NCBI GenBank assembly: GCA_977017645.1
Contig: OZ360223.1
Coordinates: 200,384,001-200,448,000, forward strand
DNA length: 64,000 nucleotides
Direction: 5' to 3'
Origin: Torpedo marmorata
Lineage: Eukaryota
In this document: piece by piece, positions 36,981 to 49,579 of the stretch
Position numbering within the stretch: position 1 is the stretch's first letter
Layout: each line of letters opens with the position of its first letter
Notes under the pieces: generated by a model
Databases searched by the model: none
What the model saw: the letters and a program-made list of their open reading frames with translations, nothing else
Told to the model about the DNA's origin: nothing
Translations under genes and position numbers: made by a program

Positions 36981-37617
36981 TCGATGTTCTAATGTTCCAC
37001 ACTTTGTTGAAAGAAAGAATGAACCAAAAATCTCACTCAATGCAGGGAATCAACATGACTGTGGGCAGAAAATAATCACCTCAGTATTTTACGAATTAAT
37101 ATCTGCCAAATGTTAAAGAGAAGCTCTTATCTGGAATGACCTTGAAACACAATAGAATATGAATCATTGAAGATTGAGACCATCATTTTTTGGTACCAAA
37201 AGAAGTCATCAAAAGCAATATAATTCTGTATCAATAAACAACTGACTACTGGACTGAGGGTTCTTGATAAATCATTGTCCGCAAGGTTTTCATAAATTCA
37301 AATTCAATAGCAGAGAGATTATCTCGACAATAGGATTTTGTCACAGCATCAGAATTTTTACTCTTACTAGCTGGTCACCACAAGACGAAAAATAAATAAT
37401 GGAAAGCACAACATTTGAGGAAAATGGGAGCCATCAGTAGAGTGGACATCACATGAAAAGCCAAGACTAAAGAGTCTTTCACACTAATCAAATCAATAAA
37501 ATCTACCAAGGTGGCAAAATTCATCAACACGAAAGTTGTTGACTGCTATTCACAATGGTCATTTCAAAAATGTTTTATGGTTGTATGACACAAAAGCTTA
37601 ACAAAACACAGTTAGTA

Positions 37618-37840
37618 TATTGGTTAGCTCAACGCCATGATCGCGCTAGCAACCAGGGTTCCAATCCGGCGCTGTTTGTCAGGAGTTTGTGTATTGTCCC
37701 CGTGACCTGCAAGGGTTTTCTTCAGGTGCTCCAGATTCCTCTCGCCCTCCAAAACATACGGGGTTGGTTAGTTAATTAGGTGTAATTAGGCAGTATGAGT
37801 TTCATGGGCTGGAAGAGCCTTCTACTGTGCTGTATTATTA
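37618..37840 (+). mobile_element. Diverged HE1-like SINE
   Basis: Degenerate A/B boxes (TGGTTAGC...GGTTCCAATCC), core GGAGTTTGT...CCCCGTG and a CR1-like tail, as in 383-620. Confidence 0.72.
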
Positions 37841-39240
37841 AAAATAAGAATGGAATTCAAGCATTTGAAATGCAATTTTATCAGAAATTTATATTTCTTG
37901 TCCACCAAGCAACAGTTTTTTTTCAGTCGCAAATAATTCAATAAACAGAAATCTACAAACCAATATAAAGAGATTACGAATCATATAAAATCACAATGGT
38001 GTGATCACGAAACACAAAGTTGGAAATCTTTGCTCACACCATTACATACTGGTAAGAAAAAGAGGTTGTCACAAGAAGAGCTGTAGAACCAATATTAAGG
38101 ACACCACTTCACCTGGAGACAGCAGAACAGGACAAAATGGAGAACAGCTGTGGCAGCATCTAAGGTGCTTCAACAGATTGGATTGAAAGTATGCTACATA
38201 ACTGTGTAGCTGCCATTTTGCCATTCTGCACAAGCACCTTTTCCAATGGAAGGAACAAGTGTTACACAGGGATCAGATTAATTTTGCAACAGAGAGCAAA
38301 TCCTAAATTCAGTTTTCTGAAAATGCTACACTAATTTGTACCACCTCCATTTAAGCAGAGTTAACAGAATGGTATAAAGACTTGCATTTGATTTCTATCA
38401 TTTACTAAACCAAACAATTAGATGTTTTTGTTTTTTTTTAACGTTTTCAAGGTTTAGAATGTTGAAATGGATAACAGTGGTTTGAACACAACATCAAAAC
38501 AGGGAAAAGAGTTTAAACAAAGGCAATTAAAAATCCATTAACCCTTCATTCAATTTTATAAAACATTGGAGGAAATCCTGAGAGGAAATGCTGAAAACAC
38601 GTGAAACAATGGAACAGATGGTACAAAACTGAATAACTGGTTTCTTTTGGATTTCAAAGAGCTCAACCCAATTCAAATGAAATTCAGCTTTGGAATATCA
38701 CGCAAGGATATTCCTTCTTCTTTGCACACATGAACCCAAATAGCTATACACCAATCATCAACTTTTGAATACCCTTCTTCCATTTACTAAGGTAACATAA
38801 CCATACTGAAACAACTTTTCATAGATTGTACTCTGCAAAACTAGAATGAACAAAGTCCAAAACAAGGAACAAATATTGTGTGACATCAATAAAATGAGTA
38901 TTAAAAATAATACATCACAAGGAGATCACTCAGCACTTATTAAAAATAAGACAGACCATTTTTTTGCAGTAGAAAGGTTGATTACAGACTATAATCGGGA
39001 AAATTTCTTGAACAAGACAAAAAAGGACAAAATATCTCCTGCACCCAAGAGCTAAGGTTTTGAGGATACACTCAATCAAATATGTCTTTAAGATAGAAAT
39101 CCAGCTTTGGTCGTTTACACTGAAACGAGCAAAGCTGGCATTTTTCCGGGTCAGTGTGTCTTTTTACACAGCAAGCCGGCATTCCGCGAGCAAAAGAGGC
39201 GGGACGTGTAACTCGTCGGTGTCTAGTGTCACATATAACA

Positions 39241-39320
39241 TACCGTATTTGATGGCATGTTAGACCCACTTTTTATTCGCAAAAAATGGCTCAAAAATAT
39301 TCCCCCGGTCTTATATGCCA
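39241..39320. mobile_element. Orphan pogo/Tigger-type terminal fragment
   Basis: TA|CCGTATTT...GGCATGTTAGACCC...GGTCTTATATGCC resembles the TIR and subterminal motif at 40099. Confidence 0.5.
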
Positions 39321-40164
39321 GGTTGAAATTAGGGTGATAATGGTGAGTAACGCCAACAGTCACGCTGTCGGTCCCCACACTGGTCATTGTTGTGTTGAGA
39401 AAGTGTCAGGTTCATGAGAGACGAGTCTCGACACAAGGCTTTGCAATCAAACATTACTTTTACATAGAAGAGCGTGGGAAAATCGTGGCGAGAATAAAAC
39501 ACACACGCGTATAAATTATAAAAGAGTGTGGGAAAATACGCTCACAATTTAATAAAACATATGTGCACAATTTATAAAAGAGCGTGGGAAATCTACTGCA
39601 AGTATTGATCTATAGCAGTAGATTTCAAACTTTTTCTTTCCACTCACATACAGCTTAACTAATCTCTTACTAATCACCGCTATCTATCGTTGGGGGCTGG
39701 TGGTGGGCTGTCGGGGTGTCGGGGGGGGGGAGCGGGGCGGTGGGCTTCAGACTGTTCAAACGGAGGACAAACCCACAGACCAGCTTGCTCACAGCACAAG
39801 GTGATTAGAGACACCTGGGGACAGCTGAGAGTGGAGCGGTGGGATCAGTGTGGGGGCTGGTCTTTTATCACAATGCCACTCCCTAACACTAATCTCCTCT
39901 CCCTTAATATCTGAAGGTCTGTCAGTGACTGTCTTGAATACATTCAGTAACTGAGCATTCACACCCTCCTTCTGTAGAGTTCCAGGTTCAGTACCCTTTG
40001 ATACATACCGGTACTTTTAATCTTATTCATGAATGATCAAGCCCTATTTTGAAAGACCAACAGCCACCCCACATCCATCCTGTCAAAACCATGAATTACC
40101 GTATATTTCGGCGTATAAGTCGACCCCCCTTTTTCAGCCTCATTTTAATGGTTTTATGGTATAT

Positions 40165-40434
40165 CCGGCGTATAAGTCGACCCCCAAAAAACGCGATGCC
40201 TGAGATGTTGCGCATTGACCGGCGTATAAGTCGACCCTCAAAAAACGCGATGATTGAGCTGCTGGGCGTTGACCGGCGTATACGTCGACCCTCAAAAAAC
40301 GCGATGATTGAGCTGCTGGGCGTTGACCAGCGTATACGTCAACCCTCAAAAAACGCGATGATTGAGCTGCTGGGCGTTGACCGGCGTATAGGTCGACCCA
40401 CAACGATCGCGATCATTGAGCTGCTGGGCGTTGG
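40165..40434 (+). repeat. Five 54-bp tandem subterminal repeats of the pogo element
   Basis: Units start at 40165, 40219, 40273, 40327 and 40381, each beginning with the TIR-like motif CCGGCGTATAnGTCGACCC. Confidence 0.9.
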
Positions 40435-40452
40435 CTGGAGGTGATTGTTATC

Positions 40453-41790
40453 ATGGAGGCTCCATTGAAACGACGAAAGTATGAGGCGAGTTTTAAATTG
40501 AAAGTTATAGAAATGGCCAAGAAAACCAACAACTGTGCTGCTGCAAGAAAATTTGATATATATGAGAAGTTGGTAAGAGATTGGAGGAAGAAAGAAGATA
40601 CTTTAAGAAAAATACCAAAAAGGCAATGTTCGATGAGAAGAGGAATCACTCGTTGGCCAGAGTTGGAAAATCATGTAGCAGCATGGGTACGTGAACAGAG
40701 GCAAGATTGCTACATAGTCACCTGAAATAAAATAAGAACATTTTCACTGAACTGGGCAAAGTCGCACCCAGAACTCAGTAATGATTTTGAAGCTACAGTA
40801 GGCTGGTGCAACCGTTTTATGAACAGGAAAAATCTGGTATTACGACAAAAAACTAAAATTGCTCAGAAACTACCAAAAGATCTTGATCATAAAGTTGTAA
40901 GTTTTCACCAGTTTATTTTACGTAACCGGAAGAAACACAAGTTTGCATTGGCAAATATTGGAAACATGGACAAAACCCCCATGAATTTTGACATGATAGG
41001 CAATAGAACAGTGGAATGGAAAGGTGTGAAAACTGTGCAAACGAGGAGTACAGGACATGAAAGGACCAGGTTTACTGTGGTGTTATCGTGCATGGCCGAC
41101 GGGACAAAGTTAAGACCCATGGTAATCTTCAAGCGCAAACTTAAACCTAAAATAAATTTCCCAGCAGGTATTTTTGTACATTTTCATGAAAAAGGATGGA
41201 TGGATGAAAATGGTGTAAAACTATGGATGGACAATGTGTGGAACAGGCGGCCAGGCGGTTTACGCAAGGAACGGAGTTTGCTGGTCTGGGATATGTTTCG
41301 TAGCCACTTAACTGAGAAGACTAAAAGTACATTAGCACAACATAATACTTACATGGCGGTTATCCCGGGTGGTTTGACGTCTATATTGCAACCTCTCGAT
41401 GTCTGCTTGAACAAGCCATTCAAAGACCACGTGCGTGAAGAGTGGAATACATGGATGGATAACGAGTGCAGAAAAATCATTTACAAAAGGCGGGGCAATG
41501 CGTGCTGCATCGCTTGATGTGCTGTGTGACTTCGTGCTCAAGGTATGGGACAAAGTGAAAGTAGAGACTATAATAAAATCATTTAAAAAGTGCGGTATCT
41601 CTTGTGCAATTGATGGTACGGAAAATGATTTATTGTGGGACACTGACGACGAAGCTGAAGACGCCTCATCAGATACAGACTGGGACCCGTACGATGACTG
41701 TTTAAACAGTGAGACCCCGGATGTGCTTGCCGAGATCTTTGCCTCAGACGATGATAGCGAAAGTGATTTTGAAGGGTTGTTTTCAATAAA
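40453..41790 (+). pseudogene. pogo/POGK-like DDD transposase pseudogene (N-terminal HTH domains, catalytic domain, acidic tail)
   Basis: MEAPLKRRKYEASFKLKVIE...; GNMDKTP; WDMFRSH; QPLDVCLNKPFK; tail SDDDSESDFEG. In-frame TGA at 40723-40725 and a frameshift near 41460. Confidence 0.9.
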
Positions 41791-41836
41791 AATGTCAATG
41801 AAAATTTGTTGCAGTCGGGTTTTTTTTTGGTTTTTC

Positions 41837-41955
41837 AAGGGTCGACTTATACGCCGAATCGTGTTTTCAGGGGTCGACTTATACGCCGGATCGCGTTTCC
41901 AGGGGTCGACTTATACGCCGAATCGTGTTTTCAGGGGTCGACTTATACGCCGGAT
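41837..41955 (-). repeat. Four 32-bp subterminal repeats (reverse orientation) of the pogo element
   Basis: GGGTCGACTTATACGCCG units, with GTCGAC at 41841, 41873, 41905 and 41937. Confidence 0.9.
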
Positions 41956-42346
41956 CGGCGTGAACTCGATTTTGAGCTGATTTTAAGGTCTCAAAAGTAT
42001 ATCCGGCATATAAGTCGACCCCCGTTTTTTGAGACATTTTTTTTTTTAATAATTTTATTTAACTTTTAAAATCACAGAATACATAAATCAAAAATAGTAT
42101 ATCATTCAAAATACATGTGATATATTACCTCCCCCCCTCCCTCCCCTCCCCAAACCTCCCACACTATTCTAATAAAAAGAAAAAGAAAAAGAAAGAGAAA
42201 AAAAAAGAAAGTATTAGTTAAAAGAAAAAAAAAGAATAGAATGAATAATAAAGTTTTAAGAGTTAGTATGAGGAGAAAACCATTACAAGCTAACTCTACT
42301 TATATATTGGAGGTTACTTTTGTCAGCGTTACTAACTTTTAGAGAA

Positions 42347-45300
42347 TTAATTCATACCCATGATTCTCATATATGGGCTCCAAATTTTCAAAAAGAAATG
42401 ATATTTATCTCGTAAATTATATGTAATTTTTTCCAATGGTATACAAGAACGTAATTCTGCATGTAATCTATCTAAATTCAAATCTAAATCTGATTTCCAA
42501 GTAATAGCGATACATTTTTTTGAAATCGCTAACACAATTCGTAAAAATTCTATTTGATACATATTCAATCTATTTCTAATACTAATTTTTTTAATATCTC
42601 CAAATAAAAATATCATAGGATCCATTGGAATCGTAATATTAAAAATTCTATCTAAAAAATCCTTAACTTTAGACCAAAAATTTTGAATTTTTAAACATGA
42701 CCATGTACAGTGTACAAAAGAACCTATTTCATCTTTACACCTAAAACACATATCTGATAGTGCCGGATTAAATTTCTTTCATTTTTTAGGTGTTATATAT
42801 AATTGATGAAAAAAATTATATTGTACTAATCTATATCTAACATTAATAATTTTAGTCATACTCAATTTACATAATTCTTTCCAATGTTGTTCATCTATAC
42901 TAATATTTAAATCTGACTCCCAATTTAATCTAGATTTATGTAGTCCTACTTTAGGCATCTTTCTCTGAAGTAATTTATACATTTGTGATATAAATTTATT
43001 AACATTTCCATTAGTAATTAATAACTCTAATCCATCTTGTCTAGGAGATATTAATTGATTCCCCAATTTCTCAACTAAAAATCCTTTAACCTGATAATAA
43101 GCCAAAATTGTATTATCCATTATTCCAAATTTTTCTTTCAACCTAGAAAAAGTAACAAATCTTCCCGCCTCAAAGCAATCTTTAATCTTCTTAATTCCTT
43201 TTTGATACCATAATTTTAAAAATTGGTTATCAATAGAAAAAGGTAACAATAAATTCTGATATAATGGCATATTTAAAGATATTGATCCTTTTCGTCCTAT
43301 CTCATTATCTAACTGAGTCCAAATTTCCAATAAATGTTTAATAATCGGCGACTTTTTCTTTTTAATTAATAATAGTTTAGAATTCCATTTATAAATAATA
43401 TCTTCCTTATATCTTTCCCCTATATTACTCAATTCTATATTAATCCAAGCCGTATTTTTAGTTAAATCAAAAAATTCATTAATAAATTTTAATTGTGCTG
43501 CCTTGTAATAATATTGAAAATTGGGAAGCTGTAATCCACCCATTTCGTGTTCCCAAGTTAATTTATCTATACTTACCCTTGCCAATTTTCCTTTCCATAA
43601 AAACTTTCTAATAATAATTTTTAAATCTTTGAAGAATTTTTGAGGAATACCAAAAGGTATAGATTGAAAAAGATATATAACTCTTGGAAAAATATTCATT
43701 TTAATACAATTCACTCTTCCCATTAGAGTTATAGGTAAATCTTTCCAGTTATCCAAATCTTTCTTTATTTTCTGAAATAAAGGTATATAATTTAATTTAT
43801 ATAAATTTTCAAATTTTGTATCTACTTTAACTCCCAAATATTTATTTGCTTCTTTAGCCCATTTAAATTTTGTAACTTCTTTACATTTAGTATAGTCTCC
43901 CTGAGATAAAGCCATTATCTCACTCTTATCCGAATTTATTTTATATCCAGATATCTCACCATAATCCCTCAATATCTTATCTAATTGTTGAAGCGATTCA
44001 ATAGATTTTGTCATATATATTAATACATCATCTGCAAACAGACTAATTTTATGCTCTTCTGCACCTACTTTAATCCCATTTATATTAATATCTTTCCTAA
44101 TCATTTCAGCCAACGGTTCTATTGCCAAAACAAATAAAGCAGGTGACAAAGGACATCCTTGTCTTGTTTTTTTTTTTTTATATTTTATTTAATTTTTAAA
44201 ATCACAAAATACATAAATCAAAAATAGTATATTATTCAAAATACATGTGATATATTACCTCCCCCCCTCCCACCCTCCCCTCCCCAACCCTCCCACACTA
44301 TTCTAATAAAAAAAAAGAAAAATATGAAAAAAAAAAAGTATTAGTTAAAAGAAAAAAGAATAGAATGAATAATAAAGTTATGAGAGTTAGTATGAGGAGA
44401 AAACCATTACAAGCTAACTCGACTTATATATTGGAGGTTACTTTTGTCAGCGTTACTAACTTTTAGAGAATTAATTCATACCCATAATTCTCATATATGG
44501 GCTCCAAATTTTCAAAAAGAAATGGTATTTATCTCGTAGATTATACGTAATTTTTTCCAATGGTATACACGAGCGTAACTCTGCATGTAATCTATCCAAA
44601 TTCAAATCTAAATCTGATTTCCAAGTAATAGCGATACATTTTTTTGAAATCGCTAACACAATTCGTAAAAATTCTATTTGATACATATTCAATCTATTTC
44701 TAATACTAATTTTTTTAATATCTCCAAATAGAAATATCATAGGGTCCATTGGAATCATGATATTAAAAATTCTATCTAAAAAATCCTTAACTTTAGACCA
44801 AAAATTTTGAATTTTTAAACATGACCATGTACAGTGTACAAAAGAACCTATTTCATCTTTACACCTAAAACACATATCTGATAATGCCGGATTAAATTTC
44901 TTTAATTTTTTAGGAGTTATATATAATTGATGAAAAAAGTTATATTGTACTAATCTATATCTAACATTAATAATTTTAGTCATACTCAATTTACATAGTT
45001 CTTTCCAATGTTGTTCGTCTACACTAATATTTAAATCTGACTCCCAATTTAATCTAGATTTATGTAGTCCTACTTTAGGCATCTTTCTCTGAAGTAATTT
45101 ATACATTTGTGATATAAATTTATTAACATTTCCATTAGTAATTAGTAACTCTAACCCATCTTGTCTAGGAGATATTAATTGATTCCCTAATTTCTCAACT
45201 AAAAATCCTTTAACTTGATAATAAGCCAAAATTGTATTGTCCATTATTCCAAATTTTTCCTTCAATCTAGAAAAAGTAACAAATCTTCCTGCCTCAAAAC

Positions 45301-47929
45301 AATCTTTAATCTTCTTAATTCCTTTTTGATACCATAATTTTAAAAATTAATTATCAATAGAAAAAGGTAACAATAGATTCTGATATAATGGCATATTTAA
45401 AGATATTGATCCTTTTCGTCCTATTTCATTATCTAGCTGATTCCAAATTTCCAATAAGTGTTTAATAATCGGTGACTTTTTCTTTTTAATCAATAATAAT
45501 TTGGAATTCCATTTATAAATAATATCTTCCTTATATCTTTCCCCTATATTACTCAATTCTATATTAATCCAAGCCGTATTTTTAGTTAAATCAAAAAATT
45601 CATTTATAAATTTTAATTGTGCTGCCTTATAATAATATTGAAAATTAGGAAGTTGTAATCCACCCATTTCATATTCCCAAGTTAATTTATCTATACTTAC
45701 CCTTGCCAATTTTCCTTTCCATAAAAACTTTCTAATAATAATTTTTAAATCTTTAAAAATTTTTTGAGGAATACCAAAAGGTATAGATTGAAAAAGATAT
45801 TGAACTCTTGGAAAAATATTCATTTTAATACAATTCACTCTTCCCATTAAAGTTATAGGTAAATCTTTCCAATTATCCAAATCTTTCTTTATTTTCTGAA
45901 ATAAAGGTATATAATTTAATTTATATAAATTTTCTAATTTTGTATCTACTACATCCTTGTCTTGTTGATCGTGTCAAAGAAAATTTAGATGATATTTGAC
46001 CATTTGTAATTACTCTAGCTGTAGGTTCCTTATATATAGTCTTAACCCAATTTATGAAAGTATTTCCAAATCCATATTTCTCTAAAACCTTAAATAAAAA
46101 ATTCCATTCTAATCTATCAAATGCTTTTTCTGCATCTAATGCTATCACTAACGGCAAATCCTGTTTCCTTTTTTGTAAATTAATTAAACTTATTAATCTT
46201 GCTATATTATCCTTCGAATATTTATTTTTAATAAATCCTGCTTGGTCTGGATGTATTAAAAATGGTAAGAACTTAGCTAATCTATTTGTCAAAATTTTTG
46301 CCATTATTTTATAATCTACATTCAACAGTGATATAGGTCTATACGACTCAGTTTTTAATACATCTCGATCCTTCTTTGGTATAACTGTAATAATAGCATT
46401 TAAAAATGTTTTCGGTAATAAATGAGTTTCCTTTATTTGAGTCAACACTTCCATGTATATAGGTATCAATAAATCTTTAAACTTCTTATAAAACTCTATC
46501 GGAAATCCATCATCACCAGGAGATTTACCACTTTTCAATGACGATAAAGCTTCAACTACTTCTCTCATTGTAATAGGTAAATCTAACAAATCTCTATTAA
46601 AACTATTCAATTTAGGCAATGTAATTTTAGATTAAAAATTATCAATTTTTGTAACATCTTGATTCATCTGCAAAGTGTATAAATTCTGATAGTACTCTCT
46701 AAATGAATTATTTATTTCTTGAGGTTTATAAGTTATTTCACCGGTACTTTTCTTTATAGCATTTATAGTTTTAGAAACTTGTTCTTTTTTAATTGCCATG
46801 CTAAAACTTTATGTGCTCTTTCTCCCAATTCATAATATCTTTGCTTTGTTCTACCAATTAATTTTTCTATTTTTCGAGTTTGTAATATATTATAATGTAA
46901 TTTTTTCCCAATTAAACGTTGTCTCTTAAAAATTGTTTTATTTCTTTGAAAATCTTTTTCCATGAATTCAATCTCCCCTTCCAATTTTTCTTCTTCTTTC
47001 AAATAATCTTTTCTAATTTTTGCCGAAAAACTTATTATCAAACCTCTTAAATATGCTTTTAAAGATTCCCAAATTATAAACTTATCATTAACTGAATTAT
47101 TATTAATTCTTAAAAATTCCTGAATTTCTTTTCTTATATATTCACAAAAATCTTTTCTATTTAATAAAGAAGAGTCTAATCTCCAATTATATACAGTTTT
47201 TTCTTTCTCTGGAATTATACATGTCATTAATAAAGGTGAATGATCTGAGATTATTCTTGCTTTATAAGAAATTTGAGTTATTCTGTCCTGAATTTGTGAA
47301 GATATCAAAAACAAATCAATCCTTGAGAATGAATTGTGTCGAAAAGAATAGAATGAATAATCTTTTTCTCTAGGATTTAACTTCCTCCAAATATCTACCA
47401 AATTTAAATCATCCATTAAAGTATTAATTCTTTTAACTATTTTAGGTCTAACAGATGTTCTAGTTGTTTTATCCATATTTGCATTAAGACAACAATTAAA
47501 GTCTCCACCAATTAAAATATTTTCCTTAGCCTCAGATAAATGTAAAAAAGTATCTTGAATAAATTGTTCATCATCTGGATTTGTAACATATAAATTTAAA
47601 AAGGTCCATGTTTCTGAGTAAATTTGACAATGCACTAAAACATATCTACCAGCTATATCAGTCACTACTGATTGTATTTTAAATGGTAGTTTTTTATTAA
47701 CTAAAATCGCTACCCCTCTCGCTTTAGAATTAAAAGATGAAGCTACTACATGTCCCACCCATTCTCTCTTTAACTTTTGATGTTCCTTATCAGTCAAATG
47801 CATTTCCTGTAAAAAAGCTATATCGACTTTTAATTTTTTGATATGTGCCAAAGTTTTTTTTCTCTTAATTGGATTATTAAGCCCATTAACATTAATACTT
47901 ACAAAATTTATACTTCTAGAATCGACCAT
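42347..47929 (-). pseudogene. L1 ORF2 (APE endonuclease, RT, Cys-rich domain), disrupted
   Basis: Pieces 47929-46763, 46619-45951 and 44152-42347. Lesions: a 1-nt frameshift in an A run near 46785, in-frame TAA near 46633, TGA at 42779-42781, and the nested insertion 44169-45950. Confidence 0.9.
44169..45950 (-). mobile_element. 5'-truncated L1 nested in the RT region of the full-length L1 of the same family
   Basis: Own poly-A (T run from about 44169) and 3' UTR; exact 16-bp TSD ACATCCTTGTCTTGTT at 44153-44168 and 45951-45966; nearly but not exactly identical to 42042-43826. Confidence 0.93.
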
Positions 47930-48196
47930 AACTAAATTTTAAACATTCTCTATCTGTCAGATCCGCTGACGCATCCCTCCTAATCTGTTGATCACATATT
48001 TTCTCCTCAAATAGAATGAAATAACAGAAAAGTAAGTAAGAATAACGACCCATAATTAACACTGGATTATATATCCCAGTGTCACCCCCCTCCGTCGCTC
48101 GAGAAGCGGTTCTAACCGCTAAAGTGGTGGTGGTTTCGGAAAAAGTCCCAATGAGTCCACCTCCCCCAAACAGATAATTATTCATACAGTTTATAT

Positions 48197-49579
48197 TCAA
48201 TTAACTCCTCTCAAGTTTTCACTTTCTTCTTCAATTTGAACCAAAGCAGCTTCTTCAGTTATCAAACCCGACACTTCGTTATCTCGTCTTGCTTGATCTT
48301 CTTGCACTTGTTGAGTAGCGACCAAAGAGTAGGATTTTCTCAAACGTGGAAGGTTATTCGCATGAAAAAGGGCTTGCCCAGGGTCCATAAACGATAAAGA
48401 GTTATCACCATCATTCTGAACTCTCAGAGTCGCCGGATATTTAAACGAAAATTTATAACCTTTCTCCCACAATATTGCCTTCGCAGGATTAAATTCTTTA
48501 CGTTGTTTGACCACCATAGGACTTAAATCAGGATAGAAGAGAATTCTATTCTCTTGAATCTTCATCGGGGCACCATGATTTCGTGTATATTGAATTGCTG
48601 ATCTTAAAATTTTTTCTCTGTCTTGATATCTTAAACACTTTATCAAAATTGGACGTGGTCTCCGATCTTGCTGATTTCTTCTTCCAATCCTATGAGCGCA
48701 CTCAAGCTCTATTGGTTGGTCAAATTCAAAAATCTGTTTCAGCCAATCTTGAAAGAATTGAGTCGTATCCAAAGCTTCAGTATTTTCAGGTAATCCCAAT
48801 ATTTTCACATTATTTCTGCGACTTTGATTTTCCATCTGATCTATCTTCTGCATCATTTCATCTATCTGCTTTTGCCATCCAACAAAAGTATCTTCCATTT
48901 TATCCACTCTATCTCTACAGTCTTCAACTTCATGCTTATTAGATTCAATTTCCTCTTCTATTCTCTTAACTCTTACATCCACTTTACATACAATATTTTC
49001 CATTCTTCCCATTTTCTGTTTCATTTCTGTAAATTCATCTTGTATTTTACCAATGGCTATATTAAGTTTAACATCCATTTTTCCTTCTAATTTAGCAATA
49101 GCCTGTAAAATATTTTCTTGACTATTTTTTACTAACCAGAATTGCTTTTGCATTTCATTTTCATAAGTGTCAAATTCTTCAACATCCTCTTCTCCCAGCT
49201 GGCTATCTTCTTTTTCCCCTTCAGATTCTGACGATGATTTAGGCTTCCCAGGCTGTAGTATAGTCTGAGAAGCCTCCGATGACGTCATCCTGGCCTCCTG
49301 AAGTTGTAGCTCAAGTTCGGCAATTCTGCGCATGCGCGCTTGATCTTCTAATCTTCTTGTAGTTTTAGGTCGGGCGCCGGCGCCATCTTCCGCAGCTCCC
49401 TGCGGAGGTAGCGTCAGCGTTCCCGACTCAATCGATCGTCTGCCAGGTCTCTTACCAGGCTTCAGCAGTAAGGCAGTCCCAGGCTCCATCTCTAAGGTAG
49501 GCCTTTTTTCTTCTTGCAGTAGAGTTGTCTGTACCATAGGTTTCTTAGCTTTCTGTTCTTTCGTTTTTTTGCCAGCCAT
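48197..49579 (-). CDS. L1 ORF1p (coiled coil, RRM, CTD), uninterrupted 460 aa
   Basis: Heptad-rich coiled-coil region, ENQSRRNNVKILGLPE, AHRIGR...RPRPILIK and FYPDLS...YPATLRV motifs typical of L1 ORF1; lies directly upstream of ORF2. Confidence 0.88.
   Translation of the reverse strand: MAGKKTKEQKAKKPMVQTTLLQEEKRPTLEMEPGTALLLKPGKRPGRRSIESGTLTLPPQGAAEDGAGARPKTTRRLEDQARMRRIAELELQLQEARMTSSEASQTILQPGKPKSSSESEGEKEDSQLGEEDVEEFDTYENEMQKQFWLVKNSQENILQAIAKLEGKMDVKLNIAIGKIQDEFTEMKQKMGRMENIVCKVDVRVKRIEEEIESNKHEVEDCRDRVDKMEDTFVGWQKQIDEMMQKIDQMENQSRRNNVKILGLPENTEALDTTQFFQDWLKQIFEFDQPIELECAHRIGRRNQQDRRPRPILIKCLRYQDREKILRSAIQYTRNHGAPMKIQENRILFYPDLSPMVVKQRKEFNPAKAILWEKGYKFSFKYPATLRVQNDGDNSLSFMDPGQALFHANNLPRLRKSYSLVATQQVQEDQARRDNEVSGLITEEAALVQIEEESENLRGVN

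Noticed and set aside
40165-40434. Regularly spaced direct repeats resembling a CRISPR array, and the 18-aa repeat ORF 40049-40444
   Set aside because: The 'spacers' are near-identical, the repeat is the transposon TIR motif, there are no cas genes and the context is eukaryotic. The ORF is a by-product of the 54-bp unit.
42042-45950. Apparent tandem segmental duplication or assembly artefact of the L1 3' end
   Set aside because: The exact 16-bp TSD, separate poly-A tail and scattered substitutions between the copies fit nested retrotransposition better.
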